Shown: one piece after another, positions 1-9,130 of the stretch | How positions within the stretch are numbered: position 1 is the stretch's first letter | Layout of the letters: each line of letters starts with the position of its first letter | Source of the DNA: a virus | UHGV virus genome: UHGV-0389583 | DNA length: 41,611 nucleotides | Strand: one strand, 5' to 3' | Notes under the pieces: model-generated | Seen by the model: the letters and a program-made list of their open reading frames with translations, nothing else | Database searches by the model: none | What the model was told of the DNA's origin: nothing | Position numbers and translations under genes: made by a program

Positions 1-2248
1 TTTTTCCGTGTCCGACAGTAATAGGGAATATATCGGAATGTATGTTGATTTTGCGCAAAATGACAGCGCAGACCCGACAAAATACGCATGGAGTAAGATC
101 AAAGGCACAGACGGGGCGATCGGAACACCCGGAAAGCCGGGAGCTGATGGAAAGACCCCGTATCTACATATCGCCTACGCAAACAGTGCAGATGGCAAGA
201 CGGGATTTTCCACCACGGATGGTACAAATAAGCTCTATATCGGGCAGTATACAGATTATACACAGGCAGATAGTACAGATGCTACGAAATATACATGGAC
301 AAAGATCAAAGGCGAACAGGGGGAACGTGGTCCTCAGGGAGTCCCGGGTTTGCAGGGAATACAAGGTCCTAAAGGTGAACAGGGAATACAGGGACCTCAA
401 GGAAATACAGGTGCTACTGGACCGCAGGGACCAGCCGGACAGTCCACCTATTTTCATATTAAGTATTCCTCAGTTGCGAATCCTACCTCAAGTAGCCAGA
501 TGACGGAAACGCCGTCTACATACATTGGTACTTACGTAGATTTTACGCAAGCAGATAGCGAAGATCCAAAGAAATATGCCTGGTCACGCTTCCAGGGAGT
601 GCAAGGACCACAGGGAACGCAGGGGATTCCGGGGACAAATGGCGCAAACGGCAAGACAAGCTATCTTCACATTAAATATTCTAATGATGGAGGAAAAACG
701 TTTACCGGAAACAGCGGAGAAGATGTGGGAACGTATATCGGTACTTGTGTGGATTACAATCAGTCCGATCCTGCAAGTGTTGGATCTTATAAGTGGGCGA
801 AGATTAAAGGAGAACAAGGTGCGACAGGACCACAAGGGCCTGCGGGGTCATCTGGAAGAGGGATAAAAACTATTACGGAATATTATTTGATTTCTTCCAC
901 AAAAACAGGAATTACAACGGAGTTAAGCGGTTGGAGTACATCAATTCCTACGATGACAGCAACAAATAAATACTTGTGGAACTATGAAAAATTTACGTTT
1001 ACAGATAATACGACAGCGACCACTACACCAAAAATAATCGGGATATACGGAGACAAAGGAGCAACAGGAGCTACCGGTCCACAAGGACCTCAAGGAAATG
1101 CAGGTGCAACAGGTCCCAAGGGGCCACAAGGAGCGACTGGCCCGAAAGGACCGCAGGGGGCAACTGGTGCAACGGGACCACAAGGGGTAACTGGAAACGG
1201 AATAAAATCTATCACGAATTATTATCTTGCAACGGCAAGCGGAAGCGGTGTGTCGGCGTCCACATCAGGATGGACTACAACTGTACAAGCAATAACGGCG
1301 TCAAAAAAATATCTGTGGAATTATGAAGTTGTTACCTATACAAATGGTAGCACGTATCAATCAGCACCATGTATCATCGGAGCATATGGTGATAAGGGAG
1401 CGACCGGTGCTACAGGAGCAACAGGACCAAGTGGCATAATTGTATCTTCTACGGCTCCGTCAAATCCTAAAGTTGGCCAGTTATGGCAAACGGCATCCGG
1501 TCAGCCGATCAAGCGGTGGGATGGAAGTAGGTGGGTGATCCATTATATTTCTGTTGATAACTTAAACGCACAGACTTTAAGTGCGATAGCGGCAGATCTT
1601 GGAACTGTAACTGCCGGACTTATTAAGGATAAGAATGGAACAATGCTTATCGATGTTACATCCGGAAAGATTATTAGCAAGAAAATCGTGCAAGGAGCAG
1701 TGGAAAATGTTGCGTCATTGAGTAATGCGTATTTGGCTTTCTCCGGTAAGGCTCCGACAACAGATCGAGCTACTATGAGCGTGAACTTGCAAAACATCAT
1801 GTTTACAAATGAAAATACAAGAAAAGCAACGACAATCCAGTTTGAGGATGAAATGATATATGCAAGAAATTCTGTATCCCCACGTATAAGCATATATGCG
1901 TATCGCAATTACGATTCCGGCACCGTGAAAGGTCCATATACAAGTGCAAACTCCAATAATAACATCCGCGTGGAACTAAAAAGAAGAGGATTTATGGTAA
2001 CATGCAAGATCACAATGCTTGCACAATTTCCAGGAAGTGGCGAACACGGGCCATTCAACGAGGTGAAAATTCCAGTAGGATATCGACCGGTTGTGGATTT
2101 CTTTGCTCCCTATAGTGAAGTTGTAGGACCTAACATATTTGGAACGGGAAGATACGGCATAGGAAAAGATGGGGGGATCAAGATTTATGTGGAGAATGCC
2201 GCATGGACAGAACGTCACGCAGCGTTTACGTGGATTACAGATGATTGA
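1..2248 (+). CDS. Tail fiber / receptor-binding protein, C-terminal portion. 5' partial: the frame is open to the window edge and continues in frame from the ORF at the window end. Collagen-like GXY tracts alternate with repeated ~55-aa modules (xYxHIxYxxxxGxxF...YIGxYxDxxQxDSxDxxKYxWxKIKG) and a second repeated module (IKxITxYYL...KYLWNYE...[12 protein letters not shown]).
   Basis: Long ORF (track 8..2248, frame open from nt 2). Gly-X-Y runs and internally repeated modules are visible in the translation. Position is after Dit/Tal at the end of the tail module and before the lysis cassette. Confidence 0.7.
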   Translation, partial: FSVSDSNREYIGMYVDFAQNDSADPTKYAWSKIKGTDGAIGTPGKPGADGKTPYLHIAYANSADGKTGFSTTDGTNKLYIGQYTDYTQADSTDATKYTWTKIKGEQGERGPQGVPGLQGIQGPKGEQGIQGPQGNTGATGPQGPAGQSTYFHIKYSSVANPTSSSQMTETPSTYIGTYVDFTQADSEDPKKYAWSRFQGVQGPQGTQGIPGTNGANGKTSYLHIKYSNDGGKTFTGNSGEDVGTYIGTCVDYNQSDPASVGSYKWAKIKGEQGATGPQGPAGSSGRGIKTITEYYLISSTKTGITTELSGWSTSIPTMTATNKYLWNYEKFTFTDNTTATTTPKIIGIYGDKGATGATGPQGPQGNAGATGPKGPQGATGPKGPQGATGATGPQGVTGNGIKSITNYYLATASGSGVSASTSGWTTTVQAITASKKYLWNYEVVTYTNGSTYQSAPCIIGAYGDKGATGATGATGPSGIIVSSTAPSNPKVGQLWQTASGQPIKRWDGSRWVIHYISVDNLNAQTLSAIAADLGTVTAGLIKDKNGTMLIDVTSGKIISKKIVQGAVENVASLSNAYLAFSGKAPTTDRATMSVNLQNIMFTNENTRKATTIQFEDEMIYARNSVSPRISIYAYRNYDSGTVKGPYTSANSNNNIRVELKRRGFMVTCKITMLAQFPGSGEHGPFNEVKIPVGYRPVVDFFAPYSEVVGPNIFGTGRYGIGKDGGIKIYVENAAWTERHAAFTWITDD

Positions 2249-2276
2249 TTAAAGGAGCAAATATGGAGATAAGAGC

Positions 2277-2299
2277 AAGACCCTCACGGTCTTATTTTT
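2277..2299 (+). terminator. Rho-independent terminator after the tail fiber gene
   Basis: Stem aagacc/ggtctt with a 5-nt loop, followed by atttttata. Confidence 0.45.
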
Positions 2300-2326
2300 A
2301 TACTTAAAAATAAATGGAGGAAATAC

Positions 2327-2608
2327 ATGACAGAAAATGAAGTAGAAGTGAAACTTGCAGAGCACGGAAAAGAAATCGGCTCTCTAAAACACCGGATGAA
2401 AGAAGCGGAGGACGTTGTTAATGTGGTACATCAACTGGCGCAAGAAATGGTAGGGTTGACCAAGGAGGTTGGCTTTATGAACCAGACCCTTGTGCAGTTG
2501 ACCGCAAAAGTTACACATCTTGAGCAGACTCCGGCTAAACGGTGGGACGTAGTAGTAACTGCACTGATCGGAGCTGTGATTGGTGGAATAGTAGCAATGT
2601 ATTTGTAA
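2327..2608 (+). CDS. XhlA-like lysis-associated membrane protein (coiled-coil N-terminus, single C-terminal TM helix)
   Basis: 93 aa; architecture typical of XhlA-family proteins that precede the holin in Firmicutes phage lysis cassettes; RBS aaatggagg. Confidence 0.5.
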   Translation: MTENEVEVKLAEHGKEIGSLKHRMKEAEDVVNVVHQLAQEMVGLTKEVGFMNQTLVQLTAKVTHLEQTPAKRWDVVVTALIGAVIGGIVAMYL

Positions 2609-2614
2609 AGGAGA

Positions 2615-2869
2615 ATGAAAATGAAGAAGATTAACTGGATTGTAAGAATTAAAAACAAGGCTTTTTGGGTGGCACTGATCCCAGCAATCTTACTGTTGAT
2701 ACAGGCAATTGCGGCAGTGTTTGGTCTTACCATCGACCTTGGAGACCTTGGAGATAAGTTATTGACTGTAATCAATGCACTCTTTGCGATTCTGGCGATC
2801 CTTGGTGTAGTGGTAGACCCAACAACACCTGGAACAAGAGATTCAGAGAGGGCACTTACATATAAATAG
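2615..2869 (+). CDS. Holin (two TM segments, charged C-terminus)
   Basis: 84 aa with two hydrophobic helices (ALIPAILLLIQAIAAVFG, LFAILAILGVVV); lies between the XhlA-like gene and the amidase. Confidence 0.6.
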   Translation: MKMKKINWIVRIKNKAFWVALIPAILLLIQAIAAVFGLTIDLGDLGDKLLTVINALFAILAILGVVVDPTTPGTRDSERALTYK

Positions 2870-2932
2870 ATTCAGGAGAGCTTGGAAACAGGCTCTCTTT
2901 TGTTGTGCGACGTCGCACGAGGAGGTGAGAAC

Positions 2933-3022
2933 ATGAGCGAACAGAACGAATTTGGCAGAGTATCCGTAGAGGAGCTGGAAAAAGCATTTGAAACAGAAGA
3001 GCAGGAGGAAGAGAAAGAATGA
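2933..3022 (+). CDS. Tiny acidic ORF (29 aa, MSEQNEFGRVSVEELEKAFETEEQEEEKE); stop overlaps the amidase start (ATGA)
   Basis: RBS gaggaggtgag upstream; below the ORF-track threshold; speculative. Confidence 0.25.
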   Translation: MSEQNEFGRVSVEELEKAFETEEQEEEKE

Positions 3023-3822
3023 AAATTGGCTTAAGGGGAGGGCATTCCCCGAATTGTAAAGGTGCAATAGGTCTGATCGATGAGCAGGCAGAAGTGCGGA
3101 AGATCTACAATGAGCTTGCACCAATGTTGCAGGCTGTCGGTCATACTGTGGTTGATTGTAATTCCAATGCATCCAATGTGTCCAGCGAGTTATCTGACGG
3201 AACAAATAAGGCGAATAGTGCGGGATGTGATATCTATGTCACCTTGCACATGAATGCGGCAGGAGCGGCGTCAGCTGGCGGTACAGAGGTGTGGTTATAC
3301 GATGCATCTAACCAGACAATGAACACAATCGCAAGCAACATCTGTAATAATTTTGCAGGAAAAGGATTTACTAACCGTGGTGTAAAGTACAGTTCGGGAT
3401 ACCATGATCTGAATGCATCTAATATGCCTGGCATGATCGTAGAGACATTATTTTGCACCGGCACAGATGATGTAGCACGGTATCGGAATTTAGGCACAAA
3501 AGGAATTGCTGAGCTGATTGCAAAGGCGATCGACAGTAGAGCGTCTGCGGGAAGTGGACAGGGAAATAATCAGAATACAGGAGATCGGGAAGGAGAAGAG
3601 ACTATGCAGTGTATGTTTACGGTAGAGGGAAAAGGATGTGTATATTGGTATCATGATGATAAGATTACGGCTTTGGGACATCCGGACGAAATGAAGATTC
3701 TGATGGATATTTACAAAGCGAACAATGGAAGAGATATGCCGTCTTATCATTGGACAAAAAAAGCGCCGTGGCACGCAAGATTGCTTGCGGTTCTGAACAG
3801 AAAACCATCTACGTCTATCTAA
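3019..3822 (+). CDS. Endolysin: N-acetylmuramoyl-L-alanine amidase (Amidase_3-like catalytic domain) with a C-terminal putative cell-wall-binding domain
   Basis: Motifs GGHS...DIYVTLHMNAAG...GTEVWLY resemble Amidase_3; last gene of the lysis cassette. Confidence 0.75.
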   Translation: MKIGLRGGHSPNCKGAIGLIDEQAEVRKIYNELAPMLQAVGHTVVDCNSNASNVSSELSDGTNKANSAGCDIYVTLHMNAAGAASAGGTEVWLYDASNQTMNTIASNICNNFAGKGFTNRGVKYSSGYHDLNASNMPGMIVETLFCTGTDDVARYRNLGTKGIAELIAKAIDSRASAGSGQGNNQNTGDREGEETMQCMFTVEGKGCVYWYHDDKITALGHPDEMKILMDIYKANNGRDMPSYHWTKKAPWHARLLAVLNRKPSTSI

Positions 3823-3827
3823 TAAAA

Positions 3828-3854
3828 TCCCCTCGGAGATTAGCTCTCTGAGGG
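3828..3854. terminator. Bidirectional hairpin terminator between the lysis module and the minus-strand moron cassette
   Basis: 11-bp stem cccctcggaga/tctctgagggg (one G-U pair) with loop ttagc; A/T-rich flanks on both sides. Confidence 0.45.
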
Positions 3855-4045
3855 GTGAAATTTCCACGCAATTACTACTAATGTATTTACACACCCGTAC
3901 AAATGTGGTATTATAAAACTGTCCAATACAGATGATGCTCTGTATTGCGGAGACTGAGCAAATCACAGTTTCGCGGATTGAAATATTAGAAGTAGCTTTA
4001 AATAGCTAAAAGATAGGGATAGGCTTAATGCTTATCCTTTTCTTT

Positions 4046-4249
4046 TTATCTGATCAATTCCCGTACATCGCATTCCAGCGCATCTGCCAGAGCAATTGCG
4101 TTCCTGAGCATCATTTTTCCGGTATCGTACTCTCCGTACTCGTATTTCTGTATCTGCCGAATGTTAATACCAGTCTTATTGGCAAGTTCTTGTTGCGTTA
4201 GCCCTGTAGCCTTTCTTAATCTTTGCACGCTGCTTAAATGTTCCCTCAT
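4046..4249 (-). CDS. Small HTH_XRE-family DNA-binding protein (67 aa from MREHLSSVQRL...)
   Basis: LTQQELANKTGINIRQIQKYEYGE is a classic XRE helix-turn-helix; start codon placed 1 nt after the stop of the upstream gene; RBS agaggggtg. Confidence 0.6.
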   Translation of the reverse strand: MREHLSSVQRLRKATGLTQQELANKTGINIRQIQKYEYGEYDTGKMMLRNAIALADALECDVRELIR

Positions 4250-4250
4250 T

Positions 4251-4544
4251 CTATTCACCCCTCTTTCTCCCATCACTATAGCAATCATAAAAACTATCTA
4301 CTAATTCGGCAATCTCTTCCGGTGATAACTTATCGGCGATTTCTTGCGGCACTCTATTATAATTTTCGGCAAACGTACAACCGTATTTTCCGATTTTAGA
4401 TAATTTCTTAACCATTTCCAGCTTATACATGCGTCCAAGCTCTTCAGTTGTAATTTCCCCAGATTTAACTGCCTCCCTTCCTTCTCTCGTTAAAATCTTC
4501 ATTGCTTCTTCTTTTTTAATTGTTCCGATTCCATTGATTTTCAT
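4251..4544 (-). CDS. Hypothetical protein (97 aa from MKINGIGTIKKEE...), second gene of the minus-strand moron cassette
   Basis: ORF with RBS gaaagaggtag 8 nt upstream of ATG. Its leader (gggagaaagagg...) is almost identical to the leader of the downstream HTH gene. Confidence 0.45.
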   Translation of the reverse strand: MKINGIGTIKKEEAMKILTREGREAVKSGEITTEELGRMYKLEMVKKLSKIGKYGCTFAENYNRVPQEIADKLSPEEIAELVDSFYDCYSDGRKRGE

Positions 4545-4622
4545 TTTTCTACCTCTTTCTCCCCGTAGCCGATAGGTCAGCATATACATCACTTGCGTCT
4601 TGCTACAATGTCTTTCTTGTAA

Positions 4623-5048
4623 TTATTTTCCGTAAACTTCACTTAAAATTCTTCTGCACATTGTATTGCGTTCGTGTTTAAGATCAAACATAAGTCTCTG
4701 GTAGTATTTCATGTAAGCTGTTTCATTGTTCCACTTCAGCAGATCAATTACGAGTCCGGCATCAGATTCGGAAAGGATTCTGTTGTATTCTTCCTTGCGA
4801 GATTCCCACATGCTCACGCTTTCCGGATATTTTGCCTTACACTCTGCGATCAGAGCATCAAACTGCTCGTTCATTTTTTTGATCAGATCGTTTGCAAAAC
4901 TGATCTGTTTCTCTGTTCCTGTCATTTTTGTTCCTCCCATTTTCGCTTCTTTCCATGCTTTCTTTAAAGCTTCGGAGATTCCGAAGGATGTTTTCTTTAC
5001 CAGTTCCCATGCTCTTTTCATAATTTTTGATAAGTTGTATTTTTTCAT
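4623..5048 (-). CDS. Hypothetical protein (141 aa), first gene of the minus-strand moron cassette
   Basis: ORF with RBS aaaggagat 8 nt upstream; no family recognised. Confidence 0.5.
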   Translation of the reverse strand: MKKYNLSKIMKRAWELVKKTSFGISEALKKAWKEAKMGGTKMTGTEKQISFANDLIKKMNEQFDALIAECKAKYPESVSMWESRKEEYNRILSESDAGLVIDLLKWNNETAYMKYYQRLMFDLKHERNTMCRRILSEVYGK

Positions 5049-5143
5049 TTTTCGTATCTCCTTTGCTTTATCTTATGGCCTTATTATACGTCTTATAAGG
5101 CGTAAAGTCAATAGGAAAATGAAAAGTTTTTAAAATATTTTTA

Positions 5144-5152
5144 TGATATAAT
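5144..5152 (+). promoter_or_regulatory. Extended -10 promoter element (TGaTATAAT) upstream of the small gene at 5175
   Basis: tgatataat at 5144..5152, about 20 nt upstream of the RBS ggagggg. Confidence 0.4.
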
Positions 5153-5174
5153 GGAATAAATGGAGGGGATAGAT

Positions 5175-5354
5175 ATGGAATATCAAATCTACGAATCTTA
5201 CGATACGTTTTTACTATATCAAGAATTTTTAGAGATACCCGGAAATTCTTTTAAATTCCGGCTGCCAGAAGGGATGATCCTGACAACCGAAATGATGCAC
5301 ACCTTTCTGCGTGCGGCGTATATGAGTGTTGGACGGATGGATCTGCCGTCCTGA
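5175..5354 (+). CDS. Small hypothetical protein (59 aa from MEYQIYESY...)
   Basis: ORF with RBS ggagggga 7 nt upstream and its own extended -10 promoter; divergent from the moron cassette. Confidence 0.4.
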   Translation: MEYQIYESYDTFLLYQEFLEIPGNSFKFRLPEGMILTTEMMHTFLRAAYMSVGRMDLPS

Positions 5355-5423
5355 ATATTGTATCATTTATTTTGTACTAATTATACTACTCCAAATGGGG
5401 TTGAATACTTAGTACAAAACAGA

Positions 5424-6818
5424 TTATAAAAAATCTACAGCCTTAATCGTATTGTCATCATTTAGGTAAATCTCCTGTATCGTTGATCTCCAAAAAGAAC
5501 GCTTGTTTTCCGGAGACAGCGAATCATACATCTGGCGAAAGTCAGTTTTTAATAGTTCTTCTACATAATGAAGGTTTCTCGTCTCTTCTTCCTCTGGAAA
5601 ATCAGCAGAAACGGAATATTCTTTCTCTAATCTTTGGTACTCCTTATCGTAGTAATCGAAAGAAATCCTCCCCTTTTGAAATAACAAATTTAATCGTTCC
5701 ATTTCTTTTCTCAGCTTTTCTGGATCTTTTGCTTTCTTTTGCTTTTTTAGCTCTTCACCGATCTGGTTGCTGCGTACTTTATACTTTTCGTATTCTCTTT
5801 CGAGATTTTCGAGCAAATATTTTTCGACAAGGTTTTGGCTTACCCTATGCCTATACGTGCAAATATGATCGATAAGTGCTCTATTGCAACGGTAGTAGCA
5901 GTACGTCCTTTTTTCACGTGTTTTACGATCTATAATTGATGAGCATCCGGTACCGACTAATTTCTGTCCGCATACAGGACAGCGCATCAAACCCGTAAAC
6001 AGGTATATTCTACCAGACGGCGTGTTTTTAATATTTCTTTTCGATATAATTTGCATCTCATTCCATTCTTTTTCTGACAGGTATGCTGGACAATAAGGGT
6101 ACCCTCTGTACGTTCCTTTATAAAATTCACTGGATAACATTGTCCGTAACATGCTATAGCTAAAATCAATCCCGTAGGTTTCCTGCATGTACCGGATAGC
6201 ACCTTTTTTGGTGTTATGGTTTTTAAAGTATCTAAAAAAATCTTCCACCATGTGTTCTGTTTCCGGATCTTTAACCATGCATTTCTTCCCATCTACAATT
6301 CCAGTTTTATACCCTAATGGCATATTTGCATCTCCAAATATTAACTTTTTCTGCCGTATAGATGATTCGTTTACAAATTTAATACGCTCCGATGTGGTAT
6401 CTACTTCATTTTGCCCGATTGAGAGTACTACATTTAACTGCAATCGTCCATCCCGCGTCTCCATGTTTATACCAGGTTCGGATACAGATATCCAGCGCAC
6501 CCCATGCTCATCAAGTACATCTTGTACCTTATAAAAGTCTGACAAGTTTCGGAACCATCTATCCAATCTCCAGAATAGTATTACATCAATTCTATCCATT
6601 TTCACGTCCTCTACAAGAGCATGTATGGCCTTTCTTTTCTTCAGTTCTTTTCTTGCAGTCTTTCCCTCATCCGCATAGACACTTACTATAGACATGTTGT
6701 TGTCTGTTGCGTATTGTTCCAAACATTCTTTCTGGGCTTGTAAAGACTTACCATGTACACTCTGCTCAAATGTGGATACTCGGATATATATGGCGCACCG
6801 TAGTATTTTTTCTGGCAT
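5424..6818 (-). CDS. Large serine recombinase (phage integrase): resolvase-type catalytic domain, recombinase domain, zinc ribbon, coiled coil
   Basis: N-terminus AIYIRVSTFEQ carries the catalytic Ser; CPVCGQKL...YYRCN zinc ribbon; 464 aa; RBS aaaggagag. Confidence 0.85.
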   Translation of the reverse strand: MPEKILRCAIYIRVSTFEQSVHGKSLQAQKECLEQYATDNNMSIVSVYADEGKTARKELKKRKAIHALVEDVKMDRIDVILFWRLDRWFRNLSDFYKVQDVLDEHGVRWISVSEPGINMETRDGRLQLNVVLSIGQNEVDTTSERIKFVNESSIRQKKLIFGDANMPLGYKTGIVDGKKCMVKDPETEHMVEDFFRYFKNHNTKKGAIRYMQETYGIDFSYSMLRTMLSSEFYKGTYRGYPYCPAYLSEKEWNEMQIISKRNIKNTPSGRIYLFTGLMRCPVCGQKLVGTGCSSIIDRKTREKRTYCYYRCNRALIDHICTYRHRVSQNLVEKYLLENLEREYEKYKVRSNQIGEELKKQKKAKDPEKLRKEMERLNLLFQKGRISFDYYDKEYQRLEKEYSVSADFPEEEETRNLHYVEELLKTDFRQMYDSLSPENKRSFWRSTIQEIYLNDDNTIKAVDFL

Positions 6819-6903
6819 TCCGTATCACTCTCCTTTTGTAAAATATATTTAAAATTGGTACAAAAATAACAGCCAGCGCAAAACAAACGTTCCGCTTGCG
6901 TAG

Positions 6904-6958
6904 CTGCTCCGAAGATGATACAATATTCTTGAGCTTACTATTGCATTCTTCGGAGCGA
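6904..6958. other. Candidate attP: imperfect inverted repeat ctgctccgaagatg ... cattcttcggagcg flanking a ~30-bp core, about 85 bp upstream of the integrase start
   Basis: Arms gctccgaaga (6906..6915) and tcttcggagc (6947..6956) are exact reverse complements; size and position are typical of serine-integrase attP sites. Confidence 0.25.
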
Positions 6959-7034
6959 TAGTCTTATGGTGAGATACCCGTATTGATTACGGGTGCAAGG
7001 CTCGTTGGTAGCGTGTCTTGCGACATTTCCGTCT

Positions 7035-7067
7035 CAGTGCTGGTAACACTGGGGCGGTTTTTGTTTT
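7035..7067 (+). terminator. Hairpin plus T-run (cagtg ctggtaa cactg gggcggtttttgtttt) in the int-upstream region
   Basis: Seen directly; function unclear because no plus-strand gene is upstream. Confidence 0.3.
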
Positions 7068-7147
7068 ATTATCCTAAAGAATCGAGAGAATTCATCAGGT
7101 CTTCCGTACTCATGCCGGCAGCAGAGTCAGTGTACTTTTTGACGCGG

Positions 7148-8113
7148 TTATATTATTTTAGCTCCTTTTTTACGGTTGCAACGCCAACAAAGAGTCTGAA
7201 GATTATCTTCTGTTGTCAGCCCACCTTTAGAAATTGGAACTATATGGTCTATCTCAAGCAGTAAATTTGGTTCTTTCTCTACGGATGCACCGCAGTTTTT
7301 GCATGTAAATTCATCACGTTCTTTAATTTTCTGTCTCAGCTTACTTGTCATGAGTGCTCGTTGGCCGGCTGCGCTTTTATTGAATTTTATTTTTTCCGAA
7401 AGAAATATCACAAAACGATTCAGATTATCAATATCCATCACAACATCGCACTGAGTAGAAGCATTTCCACCAGGGCTTACATATTTAAAAATATACTTCG
7501 GAAAATACGCAGTCCCCATATCAATTTCGTCAAACCCGAGTTCTCTTTCAAGCTTTGCTTTACCTATTTTCCTTATAAGTAAGGGAACTTCACTCTGAAT
7601 ACTTTCAATTATTCCGTTTTTTTCCGTTTTTAGTTTAGTTTTTCCCTCTTCAGCAGCTTCAAAATTATTCAGAATATTTTCGAAAGCAGACAAATTTTCT
7701 TCAGTCGCCTTTATTCCGAAATATTTACATATATACTCAAACGGCTTTTTCTTTGCATTATTGCACACAGTACGAGAGCAGTCGTGGATGTTCGGCAAAT
7801 ACTCCTGATTATTTAAGTGTTTCCGCTTGTAGTTCCATTTACTCCTATCTCTATAAAGCGCGTCGCCATAGTCTGTTTGGGTCGAAACAAGTTGTGTATG
7901 TTTCAGACGTTCGATATGACTGTTCAATTCATTGCAATCATTTATGTATGACTCTATTCTGTCTTTTATTTGTAAAAACTTTCCACTTTTATAATAAAAT
8001 AGTTCATACATTTTCCATGCAATAAAAATAAGCGCCAATACTACAAAAACAGGCCATATTTTAATTGCGACTCCAATAAGTATTAATACAATAATAAAAC
8101 CTATAAATTGCAT
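7148..8113 (-). CDS. Membrane-anchored HNH endonuclease-domain protein (two N-terminal TM helices, central unknown domain, C-terminal HNH)
   Basis: N-terminus MQFIGFIIVLILIGVAIKIWPVFVVLALIFIAW; C-terminus CKNCG...EIDHIVPISKGG...NLQTLCWRCNRKKG is a canonical HNH motif. Start moved to the ATG with RBS agagggag, because the track start is a TTG with no RBS. Confidence 0.6.
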   Translation of the reverse strand: MQFIGFIIVLILIGVAIKIWPVFVVLALIFIAWKMYELFYYKSGKFLQIKDRIESYINDCNELNSHIERLKHTQLVSTQTDYGDALYRDRSKWNYKRKHLNNQEYLPNIHDCSRTVCNNAKKKPFEYICKYFGIKATEENLSAFENILNNFEAAEEGKTKLKTEKNGIIESIQSEVPLLIRKIGKAKLERELGFDEIDMGTAYFPKYIFKYVSPGGNASTQCDVVMDIDNLNRFVIFLSEKIKFNKSAAGQRALMTSKLRQKIKERDEFTCKNCGASVEKEPNLLLEIDHIVPISKGGLTTEDNLQTLCWRCNRKKGAKII

Positions 8114-8319
8114 TAGTCTCCCTCTTTTCTCCTGTACTTTTTCCCACAATTTATATATAAACGCCGAAGCGGTTATACCATATTAAATTAAAATCTGCCA
8201 TCAAGTCCTATAAAATATTAGAACAAATGTTCGAATAAATATTGATTTTTGTTCTCCCTGATAGTATTATATTACTAGGGATTTCGAACAAGTGTTTTTG
8301 CAGTTAGGGGGATGGCAAA

Positions 8320-8421
8320 ATGGATTACAAAAGCAAAATTATCGAACTTATCAACGGTATAAGTAATACTGCAAAATTAGAGTATCTTTATTATGTGATA
8401 AGATCGTTTCTTAAAGGGTAG
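8320..8421 (+). CDS. Tiny ORF (33 aa, MDYKSKIIELINGISNTAKLEYLYYVIRSFLKG)
   Basis: RBS ttaggggga upstream; the terminator follows immediately; speculative. Confidence 0.2.
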   Translation: MDYKSKIIELINGISNTAKLEYLYYVIRSFLKG

Positions 8422-8440
8422 GCTATTGCTTACCCTTTTT
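8414..8440. terminator. Bidirectional terminator between the tiny ORF and the 3' end of the repressor gene
   Basis: Stem aagggta/taccctt followed by ttttt. Confidence 0.45.
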
Positions 8441-8767
8441 AGAAAGCGATTCGATAAGATGCTTTATGGCTTTCTTGTCGGATTCGTCTAAAGAATAGTA
8501 ACAAGATATCATATTAATAATCTCTTGATCTTTCATTATCCGTCCAACTAATGTTCCACTTTCCTCTCTGGAATAATTTCCAAAAAAGTCGTTTGGTATC
8601 ATTTCAAGCACTTCACATAATCTTTCTATAGTATCAGCGTCTGGTTTATTCTTGTTGTTTTCCCAATCGCTTATTGAATTATGTTTTGCACCTATTAAAT
8701 TCGCAAGTTCTTTTTGAGTCATGTTTTTCTTTTTTCTGTATTCTTTTATTTTCTCTCCTAAACTCAT
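8423..8767 (-). CDS. CI-like lysogeny repressor (HTH_XRE N-terminal domain plus C-terminal domain)
   Basis: MSLGEKIKEYRKKKNMTQKELANLIGAKHNSISDWENNK; divergent from the cro-like gene; RBS aaggagg 8 nt upstream of ATG at 8767. Confidence 0.7.
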   Translation of the reverse strand: MSLGEKIKEYRKKKNMTQKELANLIGAKHNSISDWENNKNKPDADTIERLCEVLEMIPNDFFGNYSREESGTLVGRIMKDQEIINMISCYYSLDESDKKAIKHLIESLSKKGKQ

Positions 8768-8828
8768 TATGTTTCCTCCTTGCATCTTCTATATTAACAC
8801 ATGGAAATTATATTTTCAATAAAAAAAG

Positions 8829-8904
8829 TTCGAAAAAATCGAAATTTTAGTGTTGACATTCGAATATTTCGAAGTTATAATGAAATTAGTTCGAACGAAT
8901 CGAA
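8829..8904. promoter_or_regulatory. Lysogeny switch region: three operator sites of the form TTCGAA-N4-TCGAA (8829..8843, 8859..8873, 8890..8904) and a consensus sigma-A promoter (-35 ttgaca 8853..8858, 17-bp spacer, -10 tataat 8876..8881) driving the cro-like gene
   Basis: Repeats and promoter hexamers read directly. Operator 2 sits exactly in the promoter spacer. Isolated TTCGAA hexamers also occur at 8230 and 8283, beyond the repressor 3' end. Confidence 0.55.
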
Positions 8905-8926
8905 AAATGAAAGAGGTGATTACAGA

Positions 8927-9130
8927 ATGTGTGTAGGTGAAAGAATTAAGGCTTACATGGATGAAAAAGGAATTAAGCAGGTTTTTGTTTCACAAAAAAC
9001 AGGGATATCGAAAGAAAAGCTTTGTTCATCATTAAACGGAAATAGAAAATTGCAATTTGAAGAATACGAGTTGATCTGCGGAGCACTGGAAGTGAATACG
9101 GACAAGTTTATTAAACCGAAGAAATTGTAA
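8927..9130 (+). CDS. Cro-like HTH_XRE regulator (67 aa)
   Basis: MCVGERIKAYMDEKGIKQVFVSQKTGISKEKL; RBS aaagaggtga; divergent from the repressor. Confidence 0.6.
   Translation: MCVGERIKAYMDEKGIKQVFVSQKTGISKEKLCSSLNGNRKLQFEEYELICGALEVNTDKFIKPKKL

Noticed and set aside
42-1183. Alternative-frame and antisense ORFs inside the tail-fibre gene
   Set aside because: Nested in the collagen-repeat CDS, whose periodicity and repeated modules clearly define the true frame.
7035-7051. Possible tRNA with anticodon loop ctggtaa
   Set aside because: It has an anticodon-arm-like hairpin only; no T-arm (GTTCGA) or acceptor pairing follows; better explained as a terminator hairpin followed by a T-run.
6983-7264. 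93-aa plus-strand ORF upstream of the integrase
   Set aside because: Overlaps the 3' end of the HNH gene on the other strand and runs through hairpin and terminator structures; no RBS.
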